From: a phage
Sequence record: NC_135731.1
DNA: 64,000 bases
Direction: 5' to 3' (one strand)
Positions 37,353 through 46,725 of the stretch are shown one piece after another. The notes under the pieces were generated by a model. The model ran no database searches and was not told the DNA's origin. It saw only the letters and a list, made by a program, of their open reading frames with translations. The number at the start of each line of letters is the position of its first letter. Within the stretch, counting starts at the first letter, position 1. The translations under genes were made by a program, and so were the position numbers.

Positions 37353-38402
37353 ATGAATTTAACACCTCGCAGCACCATGGTACACGGCATGAAAGAAAAA
37401 CAGAATGGTTTCGAACCTATGAGTAATAAAATGTTTGGTATGCCGGGTGGTATTATGGAAACATACAGCTACCCAACACCTGTTGTTGACCACGTTCTTT
37501 ATATCGACGATTTGGAGGACCTGCAGGATCATATGTCTCGTCTGCAGACGATCCGTATGGCTCAGCCGGAAGAAAGCATTCGGGTGATCATCAATAGCCC
37601 TGGGGGTTGCGTGCACATTGCAATGGCTTATCTGCAGGCATTCCGAGAGTCTCAGGCAAGCGTTGTTGCACATGCTGAAGGGATGTGCTGCTCTGCTGGA
37701 ACAATCTTATGGCTTGGTTGTAAAGAACGTACTGTGGCTCCGGACACGGAGTTTATGTTCCACTACTATCAAGGTGGCACTTATGGTAACGGTGTGAACA
37801 TGAATACTCAGGTCAGCTACTGGAAAAAACGTTTTGAACGCCTGATCGAAAAATACTACGGTGGGGTGCTGACAGAAGATGAGATCGCATCCATCACAGC
37901 TGGTGGCGAAGTGTGGTTGGACGGAGAAGAGCTGGCAGCACGCACTGGAGCTATTATTCTGGATGAAGGCAACATACAACGCATCCAGAACGGACAAAAA
38001 CCGAAAAAGCTTCTGGCAAAAGGTGATGAAGAAGGCGTGTTAGGTGAAGCAGGTCTTCCGGAGATTCATCAGTGCACATCTTTAGATGAGTTAGTTCATG
38101 CTGTTGAATCTGCAAAAGCGGGTGGTTCGAAAGGTGATGTTCACACTGTGTTCCTGAATCTGCAGATGGAAAGTGGCGAGACCGTCCGAATTGCCCTTGG
38201 TGAGATTACTTCAGAAGATCTGCAGAGATTCTCTGTCGTCGAACTTCAGGATATTCTGTCTCAATTGAAGACTACTCTGAACGGCGGTGAAGAGGTTAAG
38301 GTGAAAGACAAGACCCGCAAGCGTCTGATGGACAATATCATTAAAACAGCAAAAGAGCTCAATGAAAAAATCCTGGGTGCAGGAATTGTCGAAGAAGCTT
38401 AA
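37353..38402 (+). CDS. ClpP-like serine peptidase with C-terminal extension
   Basis: ClpP-like blocks INSPGG, AMAYLQAF, HAEGMCCSAGTILWL (Ser motif), FMFHYY (His); 349 aa versus about 200 for ClpP. Confidence 0.5.
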   Translation: MNLTPRSTMVHGMKEKQNGFEPMSNKMFGMPGGIMETYSYPTPVVDHVLYIDDLEDLQDHMSRLQTIRMAQPEESIRVIINSPGGCVHIAMAYLQAFRESQASVVAHAEGMCCSAGTILWLGCKERTVAPDTEFMFHYYQGGTYGNGVNMNTQVSYWKKRFERLIEKYYGGVLTEDEIASITAGGEVWLDGEELAARTGAIILDEGNIQRIQNGQKPKKLLAKGDEEGVLGEAGLPEIHQCTSLDELVHAVESAKAGGSKGDVHTVFLNLQMESGETVRIALGEITSEDLQRFSVVELQDILSQLKTTLNGGEEVKVKDKTRKRLMDNIIKTAKELNEKILGAGIVEEA

Positions 38403-38409
38403 ACATTAA

Positions 38410-38438
38410 TTCTAAAGCCCTCTTCGGAGGGCTTTTAT
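38410..38438 (+). terminator. rho-independent terminator
   Basis: Hairpin AAGCCCTCTTCGGAGGGCTT followed by TTATGA, after ClpP-like stop. Confidence 0.55.
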
Positions 38439-38453
38439 GATCTGGAGATTTGC

Positions 38454-38987
38454 ATGACTTGTGCTAGAAAACCTGATGAACAACGTAACGCCTACGATGA
38501 GTATGTGACACCGGAGTGGTGTGCAGAAGGGCTGTATGACCTTATTCCGTTCCCAGAAGACTGGACCTACTTAGAGCCTTGCAGGAATAGTGCCTCAGGT
38601 GTGTTCTACTCCCGTATGCCGTTAGGATCTGCATGGGGAGAAATACAAGAAGGTGTTGACTATCTGAATACAGAATACAACCATGTTGACTGTATTATCA
38701 CCAACCCACCATACAGCCTGGCTCGTGAGTTTGTAGACAAGGCGTTGAAAGATGCTGACGTAGTTATTATGCTTTTGCGTCTTAATTTTCTGGAAAGCAA
38801 AGCCAGATTTGAATGGTGGCTTGATAATGCACCTACTACTGTGATCACAATATCTAAGCGTCCATCATTTCAATCAAACGGCAGAACTGACGGGCAAGCA
38901 TATGCATATTTTGTGTGGGATAAGAAAAACCGTTTAGACTTGCCGCCGTTTATGTGGTTGGCACCCCCAGAGGTAGACCTGAAATGA
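38454..38987 (+). CDS. N6-adenine DNA methyltransferase (small)
   Basis: Catalytic motif IV NPPY (CIITNPPYSLA), 177 aa. Confidence 0.55.
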   Translation: MTCARKPDEQRNAYDEYVTPEWCAEGLYDLIPFPEDWTYLEPCRNSASGVFYSRMPLGSAWGEIQEGVDYLNTEYNHVDCIITNPPYSLAREFVDKALKDADVVIMLLRLNFLESKARFEWWLDNAPTTVITISKRPSFQSNGRTDGQAYAYFVWDKKNRLDLPPFMWLAPPEVDLK

Positions 38988-39268
38988 AAATGAGTGCTAA
39001 GGACAAATTACACCAGCTAGCGCTAAAACGCCCTGTAACGCTCCCTGACGAGCTTAACTCCATTTATGATGCGATTGTAGGGGAGATACAAAATAAAGCG
39101 TTAGCAGGCTTTCTGGGGTGCGGATTTTCGATAAATCTACCCTCGCATCTCTCAGATTACTTCCCGCACATTGTTGGAGATTTAAGGGCAGGAGGTCTGC
39201 AGGTAGATGTTGTTGGCATCTCCCCAGAGAAAAATAATACGGTTGCCTACTTGACAGTAACCTGGTAG
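38984..39268 (+). CDS. hypothetical protein
   Basis: Track ORF 38954..39268; start re-set to ATGA-overlap ATG (MKMSAKDK...). Confidence 0.35.
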   Translation: MKMSAKDKLHQLALKRPVTLPDELNSIYDAIVGEIQNKALAGFLGCGFSINLPSHLSDYFPHIVGDLRAGGLQVDVVGISPEKNNTVAYLTVTW

Positions 39269-39306
39269 TTGTGTATTGTTGTTTTCAACAAGAGGGGGGG
39301 TCATTT

Positions 39307-39546
39307 ATGTACAAGTCATTTTCAATCTACTCAAGACAGGCGAAACACTACACAGAGATCCTGATCACTCAGAAAAAATCTGTGGAAGGTGAGTGGGAAT
39401 ATCACCATAAAATGTTGCGTCCAGACTGGGTTTTTGATAGACTTATTGCTATGATCCCTCTCGGAGAAGTATACCCTCTGACAGCCCATCGCGATGCTTG
39501 GGATTTAATTGATTACATAGATTCATTTAAGGAGCCTAGATTATGA
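39307..39546 (+). CDS. hypothetical protein
   Basis: Track ORF 39271..39546; start re-set to ATG after G-rich RBS (MYKSFSIY...). Confidence 0.35.
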   Translation: MYKSFSIYSRQAKHYTEILITQKKSVEGEWEYHHKMLRPDWVFDRLIAMIPLGEVYPLTAHRDAWDLIDYIDSFKEPRL

Positions 39547-39941
39547 AGATTGAGATTACTAAAGAAGGTAAGAAAGTGTCCGGCAACTATGCAACAGTAA
39601 TTCGGGATTTAATGTTTGAAGCCACCAAGATCGGTACATCTAAAGTTGGTCAAACTGTTAGTGTGAAAAGTAATATCTCCACAGGAGAGAAGGTATTCAT
39701 TGTGGTCAAAGGGCAGGATCCCGTGGAAGGAACAGTGGGCCGAGGTGGCTACCTGTGCATTTCTGAAGAGCCGCGTATGTTAGTGGCTGACGCTACTATG
39801 GGTGGGAAACGTGTGTGCGAGGCGGATGAGGTAATGATTATCCAACCTGTTGATCCAGATGACCCAGCAACTTGGGTGGTAGGAAATGAAATCTTCTCTT
39901 TAGAAGAGTTATCCTTCCCAGCACCGCGCTCTGTTCAGTAA
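39543..39941 (+). CDS. hypothetical protein, MK[IV]xI-start small-protein family
   Basis: 132 aa; begins MKIEITKEG; ATGA overlap with upstream gene. Confidence 0.4.
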   Translation: MKIEITKEGKKVSGNYATVIRDLMFEATKIGTSKVGQTVSVKSNISTGEKVFIVVKGQDPVEGTVGRGGYLCISEEPRMLVADATMGGKRVCEADEVMIIQPVDPDDPATWVVGNEIFSLEELSFPAPRSVQ

Positions 39942-39978
39942 TAATTTATCTTACCAGGGACGGTAGGTAGGAGGTAGC

Positions 39979-40212
39979 ATGAAAGTTAAATTTCTTACAG
40001 ATTTAGGGTACCCTTCCTTAGTTGACTGCGTTGGTAAAATTGTGGAAGCAAAACGACTATCTGCAAACGATAATGTTGTCATGGTTAAGGGAAAAGATTT
40101 ACTATCTGCAGGTGCAGAGTCTGGCAGGATCTCTCCTGATTATATGTATTACCTATCTTTAAGTAATCTGCCAGAGCGAGGCGGTAAAGGCCTTGAAGTT
40201 GTGGAGGAGTGA
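39979..40212 (+). CDS. small acidic protein, paralog family member A
   Basis: MKVKFLTD...VVMVKGKDLLSAGAESG...LEVVEE; shares the [VI]xx[VI]KGxDLxxxGA core with four other ORFs. Confidence 0.5.
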   Translation: MKVKFLTDLGYPSLVDCVGKIVEAKRLSANDNVVMVKGKDLLSAGAESGRISPDYMYYLSLSNLPERGGKGLEVVEE

Positions 40213-40742
40213 CAGGTATGCTTCTGATTAACTGGGAAGACCTCTATGGGGACAAAGACCCTGTTGTGTTTGTTGATCGTAGGTGGAGATACACTGAAGA
40301 ACAACTGGCGGCAAAAAATTTAACTGCAAAACGCAGAAAGATCATCCAGTGCAAATACAAATACGCACAGTTTGCTGCAAAAGTGTCTCCACAAATCGAG
40401 AGCTTTGTGCTTAAATTGTATGACGAATACCTCGAATTCAAATTGGATTTTGTACAGGTATACCGTGCACAGATACGCCCAGATACCAACATATGTAGAT
40501 GGAAGGTTGTTTGTGACGGTAAAGATTTGCCGCTCAGCTTGACAATTGAGCGGCGTTATGGATATCATGAGTGTGGTCTGTATGATATTTGGGATGTCAT
40601 TGTAGATCCTGCTAAGTACCTGAACACAGAGGAGCTGGAATATATCAATAAGGTTATTCTAGATATGTTTTTCAACTACACCCGTGAAAACTCCGAGAAA
40701 GAACGAGATAATTTTCTTGACACCATCAGCAACCGTCTGTAG
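40209..40742 (+). CDS. hypothetical protein
   Basis: 177 aa ORF, overlaps upstream stop. Confidence 0.4.
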   Translation: MTGMLLINWEDLYGDKDPVVFVDRRWRYTEEQLAAKNLTAKRRKIIQCKYKYAQFAAKVSPQIESFVLKLYDEYLEFKLDFVQVYRAQIRPDTNICRWKVVCDGKDLPLSLTIERRYGYHECGLYDIWDVIVDPAKYLNTEELEYINKVILDMFFNYTRENSEKERDNFLDTISNRL

Positions 40743-40772
40743 TATATAATCTAACCTACAAAGGGAGGACTA

Positions 40773-41009
40773 ATGAGTATAAATGTTGTGCTAATAGGTT
40801 ACCTGGTAATAGCCGTTATAACGGCGGTATTCTTGACAGGTGTATGCATCGTGTTCACACGAAGGGTGAAGTTTGATGATTTTATCATTATCATCACTGC
40901 TGCACCTTTTTGGCCTGTTGTTATCCCCATCGTGATAATGTGCCTGGTGGATTACTACAAGAATATCCGTAAGGAGAAAAAGGAGAGTAGGGATGGAGAC
41001 CGCACCTAA
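40773..41009 (+). CDS. small membrane protein (two predicted TM helices)
   Basis: Hydrophobic stretches VVLIGYLVIAVITAVFLTGVCIVF and IIIITAAPFWPVVIPIVIMCLV. Confidence 0.45.
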   Translation: MSINVVLIGYLVIAVITAVFLTGVCIVFTRRVKFDDFIIIITAAPFWPVVIPIVIMCLVDYYKNIRKEKKESRDGDRT

Positions 41010-41210
41010 AACTGTTTATACTGTTCTTAAAGAGATTGCGTTCTACGCAGATCTTAGCCAGGCACCTTTATGGGAAAAGAGCATGTATTTAAAATGGTGC
41101 GTTAATTTAGGGAGACCTTCCAGTGTTTCAAGCCATGTTTATTGAGATGCTATCTGGGGTATTGTTACTGGTAGCCATCTTAGGTGGTGCAGTTCTGATG
41201 TATAACTATC

Positions 41211-41414
41211 TTGAAAAAGGAGACAGCAATGGCAAAAAATAAATCTTTAGAGCAGGCTGAAAACCTTCTCCACGAGCTGGTAAAGGAGTGGAAAGTTGAA
41301 TACTCAGATTTTAATGCACGGGAGGGTGAAGATTATTGGCCTACGGAGCGATCAGAGGGCGAATGGTATCAAGATTTTATAGAGTGGCTATATCAGACGT
41401 GTGATGAGGGGTGA
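41211..41414 (+). CDS. hypothetical protein
   Basis: 67 aa ORF. Confidence 0.35.
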   Translation: MKKETAMAKNKSLEQAENLLHELVKEWKVEYSDFNAREGEDYWPTERSEGEWYQDFIEWLYQTCDEG

Positions 41415-41872
41415 CGATGTTTGTTAAATATGTAAAAACGTGCCTCAACAATCTTGGTAGAGAGCATTGGTACACCTTGCTTGAAAAAGGAGAAATTCTA
41501 ACAAAATCCGGAAAGATAACTTTGATACCTTTGGACGATAAAGACCCGTCACTCCTTGTCATAGATGATTACGTTACAGGTGTGTCGTACGAGGTCTCTG
41601 TGGAGAGGTTAATACGCAGATCTGGAGGTCCTTATGACCGAAGAGAGTATGTTTTCGATTCTGTTACAGAGAAGGAAGATCCGTCTCTAATGTTCAGGAT
41701 GGTAATCAGAGATATGAGGTCATCTATAGACAGGATCGTAAAGGACATTAAGGAGCCTTTTAGGGTAAAAGTTAAGAAGTTTTTTGATTCTAAGATTAAC
41801 ATACTTGCCGTTGTGCTAGGCGTAATTCAACTTCTGTTAATTTTGCACTATCTTGAACTGTTGTTTAAGTAG
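41411..41872 (+). CDS. hypothetical protein (C-terminal TM segment)
   Basis: 153 aa, ATGA overlap; C-terminal hydrophobic LAVVLGVIQLLLILHYL. Confidence 0.4.
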   Translation: MTMFVKYVKTCLNNLGREHWYTLLEKGEILTKSGKITLIPLDDKDPSLLVIDDYVTGVSYEVSVERLIRRSGGPYDRREYVFDSVTEKEDPSLMFRMVIRDMRSSIDRIVKDIKEPFRVKVKKFFDSKINILAVVLGVIQLLLILHYLELLFK

Positions 41873-41932
41873 TGTGCAATAAGGCACAAAGGATGTGCCA
41901 TAACTAAATAAACTAAGAAAGAGGTAGAGAGA

Positions 41933-42280
41933 ATGCCAAAGATTAAATCGATATTAATGTGGGTAGCTGTTGTAGCTTTTGTAGGATACTGGACTTGGGA
42001 AACTGAATTAAAAGATATTGGATATACCAGTCTTGAGAACAAGGCGTGCATTGGCATAACCGATGCATTCAGGCAAAATGCTATGGATCACGAATGTGTC
42101 GATGCAGACATAGATGAGAAACTGTCTAAGGACAAAGACTTCTACCACGGGTATGCTTTGCTTGATAGTGGGGACACTGTAGAGTTCTGGTCGTGGTTCC
42201 GTAAAGATGGAACAATAAAAACAGCAGTAAAGATCTCTAACAAAGAGTTAATGCTGTTGCAGCAGAAGGAGGCTCAATGA
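41933..42280 (+). CDS. hypothetical protein with N-terminal TM/signal segment
   Basis: 115 aa; N-terminal ILMWVAVVAFVGYW. Confidence 0.4.
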   Translation: MPKIKSILMWVAVVAFVGYWTWETELKDIGYTSLENKACIGITDAFRQNAMDHECVDADIDEKLSKDKDFYHGYALLDSGDTVEFWSWFRKDGTIKTAVKISNKELMLLQQKEAQ

Positions 42281-42564
42281 TCTGGATATCCTATGCTGAT
42301 GGCACCATGCTGTATACTGCAGGTACCAGATATGAAGTTCAGGAGAACGATAAAAAATTTATCGTAAGAACATTTGACAAGGACGACAACCTTTTGCTAG
42401 AATTAACTTACAAGGTTGGGGATGTATCTAGCATCCAATTGGATTGTGGTCATAAAGATAACCCCCTCAAAAAACCTGGAATAGGCAAGGCTTCAGAAGA
42501 ACGTTTGTCTCGTATTGCAGAAAGCGTTTCTAACCAAAAACCCAAAAAGAGGACCAGAAAATGA
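42277..42564 (+). CDS. hypothetical protein
   Basis: 95 aa, overlapping stop/start. Confidence 0.35.
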   Translation: MIWISYADGTMLYTAGTRYEVQENDKKFIVRTFDKDDNLLLELTYKVGDVSSIQLDCGHKDNPLKKPGIGKASEERLSRIAESVSNQKPKKRTRK

Positions 42565-42761
42565 GTGACAAAATTCTTAAATTTAATACCTACTACGAGA
42601 ATGATTTGAACGATCTGTATTATATAGTGCGTAGCGAAAACCCGAATGTAGTGCTGTTTTGCAGAGAACCTTTCAAAAGAGAGGAGATTGAATCTACCAT
42701 GGATGTGGATCAGATTTCACACCTGCTGCTCCTTGGATCATTAAAAGAGGCAGTATTCTAA
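42561..42761 (+). CDS. hypothetical protein
   Basis: 66 aa. Confidence 0.3.
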   Translation: MSDKILKFNTYYENDLNDLYYIVRSENPNVVLFCREPFKREEIESTMDVDQISHLLLLGSLKEAVF

Positions 42762-42780
42762 ACCAGGGTGGAGGGTTTTT

Positions 42781-42966
42781 ATGAAGCACTATTGTCTATC
42801 TGGTAGAATGGGTGCAGATTGTGATTGGGTTTTCTTAAAACTTGTCAGCATTCGAGAGTTCATCCCGGAGGAAGAGCAAGAAAGCGAGCTGATGTCATGG
42901 ATCAACCATTACGGTAACACTTTTCGGCATGTTAAGGTGGAAGAGTTGCCAAGCGAGGCTGATTGA
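42781..42966 (+). CDS. hypothetical protein
   Basis: 61 aa. Confidence 0.3.
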   Translation: MKHYCLSGRMGADCDWVFLKLVSIREFIPEEEQESELMSWINHYGNTFRHVKVEELPSEAD

Positions 42967-43061
42967 CTATGATTGCATCAATATTAACGTTTATGGGCGG
43001 CGTGGCATTCGGATTCATTGTTTGCCTGTTTATAGTGATTATGTCTATGCGAGGCTGAATT

Positions 43062-43358
43062 ATGAAACTTTTTGAGTGGTTTAAAAAGTTTAAATATAAA
43101 GCTGTAGCCATCGTGCCATGGTCCATTCAATGGGTGGACGATGAGGGATTACCAATTCCAGGTGATAAAGACACGGGATACTGGATCATGCTTGAAAACG
43201 GGTTTGGAAAGCGAAAATATACGTGCACAAACTCTACTCGATCTGCACTTAATAGAGTGCCTGGTTACAAACTTATGGTTGTGTGGAAAATGTCAGGCGT
43301 GCCTCCAGCTAACGCTCAATTTCTTACTGACAATCCAACCACGGTGGAGGGAGATTGA
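43062..43358 (+). CDS. hypothetical protein
   Basis: 98 aa. Confidence 0.35.
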   Translation: MKLFEWFKKFKYKAVAIVPWSIQWVDDEGLPIPGDKDTGYWIMLENGFGKRKYTCTNSTRSALNRVPGYKLMVVWKMSGVPPANAQFLTDNPTTVEGD

Positions 43359-43642
43359 CAATGAAAAAGATTAACAGTGGTGAAGTTGAGTTTAAACTTG
43401 TCGGGAAAGGCACTTACTGGGAAGTTCGTCAAAAGGTATATTTGTTCGGTCTTATTCCCTATTGGTCTAAATTCTACTGGGGAGCTAACGAGTGGGGAAG
43501 ATACGCCACCAAATCAATGGCACTTATTGGTATAGCAGAGTACATTGCAGCCAGAGATAGGGTTGGAGACACTTATTACTATACTGCGGACGATATTCGT
43601 AACAGTGTTTACGTCCCACAACCACCTGATGGAGACCGTTGA
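43355..43642 (+). CDS. hypothetical protein
   Basis: 95 aa, overlapping stop/start. Confidence 0.35.
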   Translation: MTMKKINSGEVEFKLVGKGTYWEVRQKVYLFGLIPYWSKFYWGANEWGRYATKSMALIGIAEYIAARDRVGDTYYYTADDIRNSVYVPQPPDGDR

Positions 43643-43866
43643 TGAAAGTTAAAGTTTTAGATTCAAGCTTCTATATTGGTCAGGAGCCTTTAGTAGGAAA
43701 AGTGTTTACTGCTATCCCTAACGAAGATTACCCTGACCTTTTAAAAATAAAAGGAGCAGATCTTATTGCCGCTGGTGCATCTCAGGACTGCTTTGACAGT
43801 CAGTGGACCTACAACTTTGCCCTAGGCGAGGATGTAGAGGTAGTGGAGGACGATCATGAAGGTTAA
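43639..43866 (+). CDS. small acidic protein, paralog family member B
   Basis: MMKVKVLDS...LLKIKGADLIAAGASQD...VEVVEDD; first gene of cassette copy 1. Confidence 0.5.
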   Translation: MMKVKVLDSSFYIGQEPLVGKVFTAIPNEDYPDLLKIKGADLIAAGASQDCFDSQWTYNFALGEDVEVVEDDHEG

Positions 43867-44110
43867 AATTCTTGATTCTAACGTCTACTTGGGACAATCC
43901 TTCCTGAAGGGAAAGGTCGTTCCTGCGGTATACTTTGAAGGGTTGCCGTGGGATGATCCTGTGCGGCAACATCACAGTTATGTAGGCCACAACGTGGTGT
44001 TTATCTTGGGATCAGACCTGATCACCGTTGGTGCACCTGAATATTATTTCGGGGAAGAGTCCTATTATGCCTTTGGGGTAGGGTCAGATGCGGATATTGT
44101 AGAGCTGTGA
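43856..44110 (+). CDS. small acidic protein, paralog family member C
   Basis: MKVKILDSNVYLGQ...VVFILGSDLITVGAPEY...DIVEL; second gene of cassette copy 1. Confidence 0.5.
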   Translation: MKVKILDSNVYLGQSFLKGKVVPAVYFEGLPWDDPVRQHHSYVGHNVVFILGSDLITVGAPEYYFGEESYYAFGVGSDADIVEL

Positions 44111-44122
44111 TGGGTAACTGTT

Positions 44123-44521
44123 GTGAAAAATAAACTGTTTAAAGTTACAATGAAAATTCGCGGAGCTTGGAGCGTAAAGCAAGGGCGTATTCCGGAATTT
44201 GAGAAAGACTTCTACGTAGTCTCCACCTCGGAGGAGGCTGCATGCTGGCAGGCTGGCTATGCCTATGCAAGAACCTGGTACGAAGGATACCAGACTGGGG
44301 GCTATGACGGAGAAATTATCAGCAAGGGTGTAGAAGAAATTAATGTGTTGACAAGTGAAAAAGTTTTTGTTATAGTGCATCCAGATTCCAGAGTGAAGCA
44401 TTACTGGAATGCCAGAACAAAAACTTGGACACCGTTTGCAGATTCTGCTACACCACTTTTAAACCAAAAAGCTCTTGACTCTGCCCCAAGCTATGGGGTT
44501 GTTGAAGAAAAGCTAAACTGA
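44123..44521 (+). CDS. hypothetical protein, X-type (paralog of 46330..46725)
   Basis: Shares VxxHPxSxxxxYWxxxxxxWTP...AT.L block with 46330..46725; third gene of cassette copy 1. Confidence 0.45.
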   Translation: MKNKLFKVTMKIRGAWSVKQGRIPEFEKDFYVVSTSEEAACWQAGYAYARTWYEGYQTGGYDGEIISKGVEEINVLTSEKVFVIVHPDSRVKHYWNARTKTWTPFADSATPLLNQKALDSAPSYGVVEEKLN

Positions 44522-44538
44522 AACAGTGAGGTGTCACT

Positions 44539-44829
44539 ATGATGGATTTAGTTCTGAATATTGATAACGCAGGAGAGGTTAAAGACGATGGTGTAACAAG
44601 CATGGACCAACCATGCCCTGCCAAGATTGACTCAAAATGGACATATAAGTTTGACGGAGAGATCTTTGCAAATGATGAAAAGGTTGTAGATGCTGCAGCC
44701 ATTTTGAACGCTCTAGGGTACGACCCTGTGAATTCTTTGATCAAGGATCCTGTTGAGTTTGCAGAGTATGTTCGAAAAATGGCAGATCTTGCTGTAGATA
44801 TTTTAAGAACTATCGACAACAAGCTGTAA
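44539..44829 (+). CDS. hypothetical acidic protein
   Basis: 96 aa. Confidence 0.35.
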   Translation: MMDLVLNIDNAGEVKDDGVTSMDQPCPAKIDSKWTYKFDGEIFANDEKVVDAAAILNALGYDPVNSLIKDPVEFAEYVRKMADLAVDILRTIDNKL

Positions 44830-44834
44830 AACTG

Positions 44835-44863
44835 TTGACACAACGCTTCAGATTTAGTATCAT
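44835..44863 (+). promoter_or_regulatory. sigma70-like promoter upstream of HPF-like gene
   Basis: TTGACA - 17 nt - TATCAT. Confidence 0.5.
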
Positions 44864-44910
44864 TGTTTTCAAAGAGGGTTTGGTTCCCTCTTCTTTAAAA
44901 GGAACACGTT

Positions 44911-45228
44911 ATGCAAATTGAAATCACTGGCAACGTAGAAATCACTGAAGGTATGGTGTCTTTCATTTCCCACAAAATGTCTAAGCTGGAGCGTTTGCAC
45001 CCATCTGCCAACTATGCACGTGTGAGTGTAAAAGTTGAAAATGATCACCAGGAAGTTATGGCGTTCATTTTTGACAATTCTGGAAAAGAAGTTATTGCCA
45101 AGGCTAAAGGCAGTGATGCTTACGAGGCAACTGACCGTATGGTAGATGTTGCAGCACGTCAGCTGGCTAAATGCGGTGGAAAGAAAGGTAAGGGGAAAGG
45201 CAAAGTAAAGATTGACTTTGGAGAATGA
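44911..45228 (+). CDS. ribosome hibernation promoting factor / YfiA (RaiA) homolog
   Basis: N-terminus MQIEITGNVEITEGM...KLERL aligns with E. coli HPF MQLNITGNNVEITEAL...KLEQ; internal SVKVEN and C-terminal GSDAYEATDRMVDVAARQLAK versus GQDMYAAIDGLIDKLARQLTK; lysine/glycine-rich tail. Confidence 0.7.
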   Translation: MQIEITGNVEITEGMVSFISHKMSKLERLHPSANYARVSVKVENDHQEVMAFIFDNSGKEVIAKAKGSDAYEATDRMVDVAARQLAKCGGKKGKGKGKVKIDFGE

Positions 45229-45365
45229 GGTGCTACAATGGGTGTGATTAAGAAATTAGTCCCAAATGTAGAGATTGCATGCTTTGAAATTATGTTTGCA
45301 ATCGCAGTTGTAGTTAATGTGTTAGGTTACGGCTATTAATATCAAATAATTGAGGAGACCTCTAA

Positions 45366-45635
45366 ATGAAAATTAAATTATTCAAAACCGAGCTGGCAGA
45401 CAAAAACTGTGGACTGGTTGAAGGCATGATCGTTGAAGCACAACCAGTAGACTACATGAAGGTAGTTCGTGATGCCTTGGGTGAAGGTTTTGATCTGATG
45501 GAACCAGCTCTGCGAGAAGATGTTATCGAGATGGCTAAAAAGCACACACCTGAAGGCATGGTGGTGTTTGTTGCACCGGGTAACGGAGAAGAGTTGATTG
45601 TAACCCCTGATGTGTATAAGATTGTAGAAGAGTAA
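45366..45635 (+). CDS. small acidic protein, MKIK-start family
   Basis: MKIKLFKTE...ends YKIVEE; similar architecture to the paralog family. Confidence 0.4.
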   Translation: MKIKLFKTELADKNCGLVEGMIVEAQPVDYMKVVRDALGEGFDLMEPALREDVIEMAKKHTPEGMVVFVAPGNGEELIVTPDVYKIVEE

Positions 45636-45729
45636 TCCTGCTTGGATTAGCATGCTTCCTCAATAAAAAGAGAAGTTTGTAATTATTTGTGGGAAAGGAA
45701 TCCCAATCTCTTACCAGAGGTGATACTAT

Positions 45730-45993
45730 ATGATTGTTTATTTTAAAACTTCAGGTGGATACCCTGATTCTCAAAGCTTGATTGGAAAAACGTGCACAGC
45801 ATACTCGCCTCTAGATGATGAGGTAAGTGATACCCTACGAAATATGTACCGGATTGATCCACAAGAAGCTTTTGATCAAAACCTTGTATTTGTTAAAGGC
45901 TCAGACATGAAGGCTTTGGGGGCATTTCCTGAAGCAGATGATGATGCTGTTTATTCGTTTATGACTCCTTTTGAAGCTATGGTTGTTGGGTGA
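45730..45993 (+). CDS. small acidic protein, paralog family member D
   Basis: ...LVFVKGSDMKALGAFPE...; first gene of cassette copy 2. Confidence 0.45.
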   Translation: MIVYFKTSGGYPDSQSLIGKTCTAYSPLDDEVSDTLRNMYRIDPQEAFDQNLVFVKGSDMKALGAFPEADDDAVYSFMTPFEAMVVG

Positions 45994-46007
45994 TAATATG
46001 AAAGTAC

Positions 46008-46330
46008 GCTTTATTGGTGAAACAATTCCTGTGCATCTTCGGTCGCCTGAGGATTCTGCAGATCTTGCATCTCAAAAGGCCAGAGGGTATGATAAGAAAG
46101 TAACCTCAACCGATGTAGTGCTTGAGGCTACTAGTCTGCCCGACCCTGCTGCATTCTTTAATCATTATGGATACTATTTCAGCAATCTGATGAATATCGG
46201 TGAGCTTGTGTTTATTAGCGGTGGAGAAATTGTTAGCAAGCTTGGCGGCGATCCGGATGTCTTTCATGAAACCTGTCCTTTTGCATTTGTGGTTGGTTCA
46301 GATGTGGAAGTTATTGAGGAGGTGCGGTAA
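46008..46330 (+). CDS. small acidic protein, paralog family member E
   Basis: Track ORF 45971..46330; start re-set to ATG (MKVRFIGET...); LVFISGGEIVSKLGGDPD...VEVIEEVR; second gene of cassette copy 2. Confidence 0.45.
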
Positions 46331-46725
46331 TGGTAAGCCTATACCGTGTTGAGTATAGCTCAGATACTGTGTACAACGTAAGAAGCAAAGATCGCAGCGA
46401 CAGAGTGCAAGAAATGTATGTTCTTGCCGACAGTCCGTTATCTGCAGCGTTCAAGGCAGGGGCTCTTGCATCTCGTTGGAAATTTGAAGGCGGATCTTTC
46501 TATGAAGAAACCCTTGAAGATTCTGTTGTTATTTCTTCTGTAGAGGTTTCAGATGACTACGAAGGGAAAAAGTTCGTAATGCGGCACCCGCACAGCAACA
46601 TTGCGTACTACTGGGATGTTCTTAACAACGAGTGGACCCCAGATCTTCAGAAGGCTACTGTGCTAACACCGTTTTTGGCAGATAAGTTCCCACCAGAAGG
46701 TAATTTATCCGCACTGTTTCAGTAA
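46330..46725 (+). CDS. hypothetical protein, X-type (paralog of 44123..44521)
   Basis: FVMRHPHSNIAYYWDVLNNEWTPDLQKATVLTPFLADK; third gene of cassette copy 2. Confidence 0.45.
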   Translation: MVSLYRVEYSSDTVYNVRSKDRSDRVQEMYVLADSPLSAAFKAGALASRWKFEGGSFYEETLEDSVVISSVEVSDDYEGKKFVMRHPHSNIAYYWDVLNNEWTPDLQKATVLTPFLADKFPPEGNLSALFQ

